Part shown: positions 53,701 through 64,000 of the stretch, piece after piece
Numbering within the stretch: the first letter of the stretch is position 1
Layout of the letters: every line of letters begins with the position of its first letter
NCBI GenBank assembly: GCA_965153455.1
Contig: OZ234493.1
Location: 5,828,001-5,892,000 of the forward strand
DNA length: 64,000 bases
Direction: 5' to 3'
From: Sphagnum compactum
Lineage: Eukaryota
The notes under the pieces: generated by a model
What the model was told of the DNA's origin: nothing
Databases searched by the model: none
Seen by the model: the letters and a program-made list of their open reading frames with translations, nothing else
Made by a program: the position numbers and the translations under genes

Positions 53701-56700
53701 CAAAACTCATTCTGACCCAGGATTTTCCTGGTGTGATTTCTTCGATCTTTTGTAGACCAGGATGTCCATTTGACCATCCCTCCTTTCCATATGTCAGTAA
53801 GTTGAACCATAAATCATTGGAGTCCAAAGGTAAAAAACCAAATCAACATCCTAGCCTGATTAATATCAGCCTGACTGATGATCCTATACAACTAGAGGTG
53901 CAAATAGTAAATACCCAAAGAAAAAATGGATGTTGAAAAGCTGCCGATGATGCATGGCTGCAATTACAAGATACGAGATAACAACATATAGTAGAGATGA
54001 CAAGTGCATCGTACATCAATGTCATTGTCAATTGTTTTTGGAATGCATGCAACAGCCACCTTCAGACCACGCCTTTTGATCTCCTACACAACATAACCCA
54101 CAGACATCTGCTCAACAAGAATTGGACCGAAGTGTCAATTCCATATTATCATTCACAGTTGGATTGGGTACTTGTGAGGGTGGAGTGGAGGATAAATTTG
54201 TCAATGATTTCACCAAAAAAACATATGGACATGAGAGAAAAAGCATGCCTGGTAGATGAGATCTGCCCCTCTATGTGTACCATCTCCACCAATAATATAC
54301 ACCTGTGAAACAAAGAACTTCATGAAAAATTCTGATGACTGGCTAACCTCATAACCAAGTGAGTGTAGAAGAGTGTCATAGAACCTCTGATTGGTACATA
54401 TTTCAGAAAATTTGCAACGTTGCATTTTCTCTCACCTGATTGATGTCCCTATCTTCAATTGAGTCGACAATTTTCATAGTGTCATGACCACCACGTGAGG
54501 TGCCTAAAATTGTACCTCCACGCTTGTGAATATCATTCACTACTTTGGGGTTCAGAGCCTGTGTGTTGCGGGCATAAAATCCCCTATAGCCACCCTGCAA
54601 AAAAAGAAAAACTATCATAATTGTCCCCAACCTCAAACTGTTTGTTTGTTATGGGCAATTGAAGTCCAACCCTCTCCAGTTAGCAGACGACTGATTTCTG
54701 CAATCAGAAACCCTAAACCCACCCACAGCAGCCATATGATCAATCACATACATACATTTTGTCATGAGGAAAAATAAATAGTGAGAGGATTTAGATCATA
54801 GTCACAAACCACAATTCCAATGATGTCTCGCACTCCATATTGGAACCAAAGACTACAGACAATTTCACGGATAACTGTGTTTATTCCTGGACATAGTCCC
54901 CCGCAAGTCACAATGCATGCCTTCACTTCCTCTGGCCGGAAGTAAATCTGCAATATTTCATAGAGAGAGAGAAACAATTTATTGTCATGTTACTATTGCT
55001 GGCATATCTTTTGTATATAATTTCTTTCTTCCAGAAATTATATGTATTCTGCTCAAACATATCACTAATGGATTGGGGGCTGAAGACCAGTTACCACCCA
55101 TTGAATTTCCTAAGTTAAAAAACCCATAAATTCATCTCCACATCAATCTCGGTATGGTTTTCACTTCTAACTCTGTTTTTTTAACATTTTTCTTCCTTTC
55201 ACCCAACAACAGGCCTTATCTCGTTCACCCACCTTGACCAATGAGATTTTAGTCTGATCCCAAGATTCTGAAATTGGTGATATTGCAATTGATCCATAGA
55301 CTTTCAATGAAGAAAGCATCTTCTTAGAATTGAGCTAAAATAAATTACTCCTGAAAAGAATAGACAAAAGATTACCTTCTCACGAGGTCCAGCACGCCGA
55401 AAATGAATGCCTTCCCAGGGGGTTGTCATTTTTACCACTGCCTGTTAGACAATGAAGTATAATAGATCTCAATGACTATTATTGCCCAAACACAAGAATT
55501 TATAGAAAAAAATTTATAGAAGAGAAGTGGACCATGTAAATATCGTAAGTGACATGGGCAGGAGGAACATACATCTTTTGTAACAACAGCATCATTCTCC
55601 ACAAAATATTGCCTGCAAAAAAAACAAAAGAAAAAACCACCCATCCAGAAAATAATCACCAGCACCTCTTGTAATTCTTCTACTATCCCACTGCTGGAGG
55701 TTCCAACATATAGAAAATCAACAAAAATATTGAAGGGACTCATAATCTGAAATTTAGTATGTAAATTCCATGAAATAGAATTGAAGAAACTAGCAGTTTT
55801 TCAATCCAGACACACCCAAGTTTTGAAATTTTTCACAAAGGAAAAAAATGATCTTGAACTGAGGAATTGGGTCTATCGTTTGTTTCATGGATGGGTGTTC
55901 AAAATCACATTTGGGAAAAAAGAGAGAATATGAGAGAGACAGGGTTTGAAAAGGAGTAGTTACCCACTTGACAGCTGAGTATGCAGGGTTGAATTTCAGG
56001 GGATTTGGATATGTCTGCAAGACCCCAATCCAACAAGATTGTTGGCCCATGCTGTTTGGAATTGTACATGATGGATAAATCTTTGAAGAGCAACATGAAT
56101 TAATCCCTATTTGAACCTCATATATACTGTTGCACCATGGGTTTTTTTTTTCCCCCTTTTTTTTTCAGAATCCGTCTTTTTGTAATACTGCGGAGAATGT
56201 TTAGATCCTGTGAGAATTTCTGTGATAACATTGTTCAACCTCAAAAGAAGAAGAAGAAGAAGAAGCTGAAGGATTAGGTCAAGTCCGGATTAGGGTTGAA
56301 AGTCATGTGGTGAAAAACCTGGAGGTCAGGAAGCCAATCTGTGACATGAGGTACATCTTCAAAGATTGCTCCACAGTGTTCAGTGTCTGTCTTACAGAAA
56401 AGCTCCATAACCGTTGTTACTCCCTTTGGAAACCTCCCAATTGCCAGTTTTGATGGTGTCAAGGGATGTCTTTGGACCCCAGTTTTCAAGCCTTTCCCAA
56501 ACACAAATTGCTTCCCAAAAAAATCCCAAACTCTTTTTTCATTCCCCCAAAAAACTCCTCCTCTGCTGCGAACAACACTTGTTGCTGGCTTGAATTTGGA
56601 GTGCAATCTGGAGGAGGAGGAGGAGGAGGAGGAGGAGGAGGAGGAGGTTTTGTTCACCAAAGTCTGCTCCTTTGTAGCAGCAGCAGCTCTCGGTCCATCA

Positions 56701-56747
56701 CAACTCACAAGAGGACCTGACCCAATTACCATCATCATGGTTTCCAT
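50708..56747 (-). CDS. PFK: ATP-dependent 6-phosphofructokinase (plant PFK), 15 exons, about 629 aa, probable N-terminal transit peptide
   Basis: Exons 56747-56319, 56014-55968, 55612-55573, 55441-55376, 54947-54810, 54594-54436, 54302-54249, 54083-54015, 53658-53529, 53292-53252, 53107-52883, 52559-52511, 51660-51506, 51113-50979 and 50860-50708 (1890 nt). Motifs [31 protein letters not shown] (ATP type), PKTIDND, KLMGR and [10 protein letters not shown]. The last exon and the start codon are less certain. Confidence 0.95.
51790..52110 (-). repeat. Possible retroelement-derived insertion in PFK intron 12
   Basis: GC-richer block within the largest PFK intron, ending on the minus strand in ...gggcttaatgctacacaaagaaaac (A-rich tail-like). 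No target duplication confirmed. Confidence 0.3.
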
Positions 56748-58195
56748 TCTCCAAAACCAGCAGAATTCTGCATCCACTCCCCAGTCCACCGACCCACCCA
56801 CCAGCTTCTTCTTCTTCTTCTTCTTCCCAAGAGAGAATCCCAATCCCTCAATGGAGTTGCAGGCAGCAAAGACTCAACTGTTGCTACAAAACAAACAAAA
56901 CCCAATATTCCAATTCAGTAGGAAAAAACACAAAGAGTCCAAGCAAAATGGCATAATTCACTCAGCTCCAGAATGCAAAGGATGGATTGAACTCCAAAGC
57001 AGTACCAATGCAAAGCTGCCAACATCAAAAAACAAAACCCCTGGCAAGAAACCCAAGAAAGCAAAGGAGAAGCTCAAATTTGTTGAGCTTTGCTGCACAC
57101 AAAATTCTTCAAAGATTCAATTTGCTCCTTTCTTTTCCTAACTGTTTTTGGAATCTGTCCAAAATGCAGAAGAGAAGCTCAAATTTGTGGAGACAAGACC
57201 CAAATTTGTTGAGCTTTTCTGTACTCAATTTCTTTTCAAATATAAATGAGCTCTCTTTCCTTTGTAAATTGGGTAACTAACTGTTTTTGGAGTTTTTCCA
57301 AAAAACCAAAAAAAAGAAGCTCCAAAAAAAAAAAATTGAATAAACTTGAATCATTTGAACATGGTTTTGAAAGCAAAATAAAATATTTATTATTTGACCT
57401 TAATTGAGGTAAATTTTAAAGCACTTTGTGCATACTTAGATGGATTAAGGCTTTTTTTTTTTTTCTTTTTTTTTTGAGGTTTTATTTTAATTTAATTTTT
57501 CATCTGTTTAGTACTTTAGATGTGTTAATAATCTTCACATGATATTTCCCTTCCCTTTTGATTCCATTCCATTCTTTCATGACTAGACATGACAAGATTA
57601 AGATGAATTTTTTTGAAGTAGAGTAGGTCAAAAGTGGCCAAACCCCACCCACATGGTTATTGCCACGTCACCCTTAAGATGACTAGCTTTGCTAACCCAT
57701 TTCTTTGTTTTTATTTATTTATTTAAATATTTATTTATTTATTTATTATATATCCAATTTTCATCTGCTGACACTGCATACTATGCTTTAAAGGACATAC
57801 AAAATTTCTAGTGTGAATTTGGAGGGCATATTATTATCTGGGCATTTCAAAAAAATTGGTGATACCCTACTACTACCACCTTGCCTTGGCAGCTTGGACA
57901 CTAACTATATTTGTTTTCAGAAATGTTGAATTTTTAATTTTTATTATTTTTTTCAAATATCAATTTTTTGTGAAGGAAATTATCAAATCCTCAACAATAT
58001 TCTAGTTATTCAAAATGACAATTTCAAAATTAATTAATTAATTATTGGACATACATGTGTTGAAGCTGCTGAGGTATGGTAGTTGCCCACTTTGGCAGGC
58101 ATTTTGCTTTTCAAAATGCCTGAACTCTTTTTTTCTTGTGATGCCTGATGGGTATGATGGGAAAATTATATATATATATATTATTTATTTATTTA

Positions 58196-58229
<34 letters not shown>

Positions 58230-60409
58230 TATTTTATGATGTTCTAAAACCCCCACTAATCACAAGAATCAAATTAGGGGGAAAAAAATAAAAACTTGAA
58301 AAAGTAATAAGCCTAGAAGAGCCTTCACATACAATGATCACACACCTCAAAATAAAAGTAACATATGGTCTTTGCAAAGCTACCAACACCTTATGCCTAT
58401 ATAAGGCACGTAGAATCGATAGAGTAAGGCCATTGGTGTCCTTTGCTCACCATGCCATGTTAACACATCGATGAAAGAAATTAGAAATGCATGTGTTGGG
58501 TGTCCATCATAACACAACACTTTGTATGTATGAGCCACAATCATTGCGATCACCCCATGACATTAGATGAAATAACATGTGAAACCAAATTTGCTTGAAT
58601 GGGATCAACAATAACCATGTCCACCAAGATGCAAGTGCCATTAGTTGATAACATGATATCAACTCATCAACAAGAACATTGAAGTGAAGGTGGCAAAGGG
58701 ATATTAATTTGTTCACACGAAACATGAAACCTTGTGTTTCTCATGATGGAGGCGAAAACATCTCGAATGACATTGTGAGATGCAATTCATTCCCCACCAT
58801 GGGAGCAATGAAAAAAGTGGGTCCTTGTTGGATTTAAAGGTTGGCCACAAATGCAATGAATCATCCCAAAAAACTAACCTAGGAGGCCCAACCTAGTATG
58901 CAACACAAAGGAGAACACATTGAAGGCTGAACAAAAATATGGAATGACCAAGTGAACCAATAACCATGCACCCACCCCTAGATTCACATAAGACCTCAAA
59001 TATGTGAACTATGAATCAAAGACCATGTCAAAGAGAATGCTAGAAAAAGAATGATTATTCATTTTGTATAAAATGTTGTCTTGAAGTCAATTTAATCCTT
59101 TTTTTTGCAAAATGCATGAAAATGGGAACACAAGCCACCACATTTGAAGGAAAGAGCTCCCACACCAACCTCAAGTGGGCATGGAAGGATAAGAAACCAG
59201 AATTGTCAGCACCTATTGCCTTTAATAAGAAAGAGCGCCAATCCGATTAGTTGTTTATACGCTCTTCATATTATTAGAAAATCTAGTCAAAAATGGTTGT
59301 TGTAACTCACATCGGATGATAAATTCAATAAAAATGATGGCATAGATGATATTTTCAATGTTTGGATGAATCAAAAATTACTGACGTTATGAAGCAAACT
59401 TGAACCACATGAATGAACCTCTCACACGGATGTGTGGACCATGCAGATGAAATTGGATCATATTGATATTGAAATTTGGATGAATGAAAACAACAAAGAT
59501 GAATATGACAAGTTGGATAATATTAATGACATATATAAAACTTTAGAATTTATCAAATTGAAAACAAAGAAAATTTTGCCGTATGGATGAAATTGAAATT
59601 TAAAAATATGGATGAAAATTTCAACAAAACAAAAGTGGACCATAATAGATAAAATTGGATGAATTGATGACATGGAAAAAACATGACCATTGTTGAACCT
59701 TGTCACATGGATGGTATTGATTATTGACCACACACAAGTGATATTAACAAATGGATAAACATAAACAACATAACATAAATGATAATAATGAAATACACCA
59801 AATGGACTAGGATGAATTAAACTATAAAGATAAAATTAGAATAATTGATCAAATTGATCACACATGCGTAATTTGCCATGTGGACTAAATTCTAACCATA
59901 ATGATTATTTTCATCAAATGTAATTTCTTCCATATTGCCAACTACAATTATGTGTTCAAATTCATCCATGTCATTGAGTTCTATCCATGTGATATTCTAT
60001 CACACAACTACACTGCAATTAAGCATGAAAATATGGATAATTAATAAATTAAATGTCACGTAAAAAAATCGAATAATTGTATTATCATTGGAACTTAATT
60101 TCAAATGGGACACCTATGTGGTGTAATGTACACATCATACATACAAACATAGTCAATCATGTTTGACTTTTTGGCAAGTTGCACTTTAATTGTGTGTGAC
60201 AACTACATTCCAACTAATGTAAATGTAACAACTATGTTGCAACTAATGTACAATTGTTGACACATACGATCATGCCACATGTTTGCATTTCCATTGCACA
60301 TTAGATATGACATTTACAACTAATTGTCAACTATGCTTCCCATTCATACAACCAATTGTGACAATATGTTGCCATCATAAAAATATTTTTCATTATTTTT
60401 GTGACTATT

Positions 60410-61240
60410 GTTCAACTATTAATAAGTTAATAAATTCTTTTAAATCATATTTAAATATTTGATAAGGATTTTTTTTAGTAACATATTAATTATTTCATAT
60501 TTATCAATATTTAATATGAATTATTTTGTTTAATTCAAATCATTAATTTGCTAATTCAATCAAATAATTAAATAATTTGCCAAATTAGATTGATTAATAA
60601 AACTATCTAACTCAAATAATTAATTATCAATTCCAAAATTTAGTTAATCCATTTAATTGACTTAATAATTATGAATTATCTAATATTATTTAATTGACTT
60701 AATTATCATGAATTAATTAATTATAATAATTAATTAAATATTAATATAAATTAATCAGTCTACTTCAAATAATTAATTCATCAATTAATTTAGTTTATAT
60801 GATGATAAATTATCTAAAATCAGATAATTAAATATTTGAAATAGTTAACTAGCAAATTATATGAATCAAATTGATTAATTCATATAATGTGTTAGTTCTA
60901 CATCCAAATAATTAATTATCTAAATTAAATACCTGAAAATTAATTATTAAAATTCACTAACTACTTAATTATCTGAATTAAAATAATTGATTTAGATACC
61001 TAGTTCAAAAAGTTAATTAAATTAATTAACTATTAAATAACTATTAAATAATTATTTTGGGAATTTAGATGTAAATATTTGAATTTTATCTAAATTCAGA
61101 TCATCAATTATCTGATAATTAACTAACTAATTATTTGAAAATTAAACTTATTAATTCAAATGATTATTTTAGATCATTTAATATTGGTGATTAATTCATA
61201 TATATATTTATCAAATAATTACTTAATTGGTTGCACAATT
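60410..61240. repeat. Extremely AT-rich low-complexity tract built on taatt/aattaa motifs
   Basis: Almost no G/C over about 800 bp, with recurring ataattaattatc. Confidence 0.7.
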
Positions 61241-64000
61241 TACAAATTTTAAAAAACACAAAGAATGTGGGAATTTTTTGTTTTAGTTGTAACCCAATTT
61301 GTGATTAATGTGCAATTAAAAGATCAAACTCATATGTTTTGCCCTTGAATCCCATCCCACAAACCCATATAAACAAGGTGTTTTTCTCATGTGTTCACAT
61401 TAAAATAAATGTGTTAATTTGGGACGAAGTCAAAAAAGTTTAACCCTAAAATAAACAATTTTTTTAAGAAAAAAACATTGTTACTATGTAACTCACCTAC
61501 CTTTCTACCTTCTAACCTACTTGCTTACTTAAGTAAGTAAATAGGTATGTAACTTAGGTATGTAAGTATGTCTTATTTGCATAATTTTACTTACATACCT
61601 AGGTAGGCTAATTAGGACCCACCAACCTACCTGCCCATGCCTATATATTGACCTACCTATTATTTTTATTTTATTATATTTTTCAAATTTCAATTAATAT
61701 GCCACATGGCAAAAAATTATTATGCCACATGTTAGAATTTAAGACCATATAAAATGAACAATCATAATGGATGGTGGAAACTAATATTTCTCAAAAAAAA
61801 ATCATTTTCACCAAAAAATTCCCATAATGTCACGTGTCAAATTTTGATGAATTGATGAAAATTAACGTCAACATGATGTTATCATTGTAGTTATAAACTA
61901 GTTGCATTAGAATTACACAATAGTTGTTTTTACATAGTTGTAACTAAATTGCACGAATTGCATACGTATACAATTTCACATATGGTGATTTACATTTGTA
62001 CAATTCATGTGACTTATTTAATAGCACTCACACCCGTAGAAATATCTTGAGTTGCAAATGGTCATTGCAACTCAAAAACCTAATTCCAAAGCCAATTGCA
62101 AATCACCCCATTTTCTCATAATGAATCTTGAGAAATTTTTTTTTTCCAACATAATTATGTTTTCCAACAAAAATTGCCACTTTTGTGAATTCAAAAAGTT
62201 GAAGGAGTAAAAACATTGCATTGATGTGGTCACCATTTTAGAATTATATTTGTAAAGGATGAATGGGTTGTACAAAGGTCCAACATTTTGAGCTTATGAT
62301 GAATCTATGATAGGTTAAGTTTCAAGTGGACATCTTGAATCTTATTGGTGTTTACTTCATCTGAGTGAAGAATGGTATGTCATTGTTACATCTTCAATGC
62401 CTACTACCTAAACTTACTACCAAAAAACTACTTACTAAAGATCCATCAAATATTTGTTCTATGATCCTTTGGAGAAATTATCAAAGGTAGCTAGGTGTTT
62501 ATTTATTTATTTTAATATTCAAGTAAGCTCATTGGCAAGGATCCCCAAAAGGAACTAGCAATAAATGACAACAACTTATGGGGGACAATTTTTTTTCTTT
62601 CAAAAACCTTATTGCAAATGGTGACCTAACTATTGCCTAGGTCTAAATATGGTGATTTTATTTTATTTTTTCAAAAAATGGCAAAAGAAAACTTCAAATC
62701 TATGAATTTTTCATGATTCATTTACTTTTCTACCTAAAAAAACACTAATTCATATCATTTGTCAAATCTAGGAGCTATGTTAACATGTAGATGTTCAATT
62801 GAAATGCAAAAACATCTTGGAAAATCATCAAATGGTCCTATAATGGTGTATGAGCATCTTATTAAACCCAAGATACTTAAATCATCTTCAATAACTCTTT
62901 ACACAACAAACCAAATAATCTTATGACAACATAAGATTATTTCAGCATATTTGATAAACCTATATCTCCCCAGACATTGTTTATTTTACATGTCAATTTA
63001 CTAATGAAGGAAAAATTGTTTTGCAATAACACAACATGTTTGATCACTTTTTATAATTTGATCATGTTTCATTATGGTCAAAAATTGACATTCAAGGTGA
63101 ATAATTTTGTGTGGTATCACAATAAAATCTTGTGCACAATTAAAACTCCACTATTGTTGTACATAAACATTCTGATGCGTACACGAAGATTATATCACAA
63201 TCATGCAAAATTTTCAAACCACAATATTTTAGTGAAACAAAAACATATTATCACAAGACAATCCATAAAATCAAGTACTTACATAATCATAATCAAATGC
63301 ATTTTACCTTGCAAGTTCAAAATGGTTGTGCAACATGTCAAAATATTTGTTCACAACCACACAATGATATTATCTTTAACTAGGGCTCCGCATTGCTATG
63401 CACAACCCTTTACGCAATAAGCATGTAGAATGTTTAATTGCATAAATTTCATGACATTAGGATGAAATATAAACACTATAAGGACTTCATCCACAATAGA
63501 ATCGATAATTATTTCTATCCATTTTTTCTTTTGGCACCTATCAAAAAAGCGATGGCATTTCCTATAACCAACACTTTGTTGGGCACATTTTTTTGAAATG
63601 ATTGTCACCTGTAATTAATCACATGAATCACTTGTTGGTTGGAAAGCAACAAATGTAAACAAAATATGTGGAAAATCCAAGATGGGAAAATTTCTCACTT
63701 TGATTACACCTCAACTGTTGAGCTTGAGATCAATGTCTTCTTGCTTAATTTTTCCTAGGGTTTTTGGTTACTTGTGTGGGATACAAAAAATACATAATTT
63801 CAATGTTTTTAATACTTAGATATGAATACACATTGTGTTAAGGCCTAGGAAGATATTTGTGGATAAAGTCATCTGAATGGGAAATTTTTTAAAACGAACT
63901 AAAGTAGGGAAATCAAAGGATAAGTTTTTTTATGATGGGGCTTAAACACTTTCAATGTATTGCTTTGGAAAGAATATTTTACATATATCAAACTTTTGGA

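Noticed and set aside
56383..57141. 252-aa plus-strand ORF with a poly-Glu run
   Set aside because: Antisense shadow of PFK exon 1 and its 5' leader. It has no early ATG start and no recognisable domain.
62977..63608. 147-aa and 70-aa ORFs near the window end
   Set aside because: AT-rich, no domain or splice-consistent structure. Probably eroded transposon sequence that I cannot classify.

Overview
AT-rich eukaryotic nuclear DNA from a land plant. The repeat families and gene style suggest a bryophyte, most like peat moss (Sphagnum); this is an inference. Four protein-coding genes could be assembled by hand: an alpha-tubulin (740-2872 +, 4 exons, 451 aa), an XRI1-like gene (30431-33146 +, 8 exons, about 409 aa), an intronless PLATZ zinc-finger transcription factor (46093-46962 +, 289 aa) and an ATP-dependent phosphofructokinase (56747-50708 -, 15 exons, about 629 aa, one GC-AG intron). 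A tRNA-Trp(CCA) lies at 48897-48968. The long intergenic tracts hold a decayed RTE-like LINE, a TA-flanked MITE with a nested 85-bp hairpin, hAT-type MITEs with 8-bp target duplications, other dispersed repeats, a degenerate telomere-like array and a 200-N gap. The least explained part is 40.7-45.0 kb. It contains a decayed orphan reading frame with a 24-bp miRNA-like hairpin, exon-like pieces pointing away from PLATZ, and a dense ABRE/G-box cluster between the two. This is the best candidate for an undescribed regulatory unit, but it remains a hypothesis.
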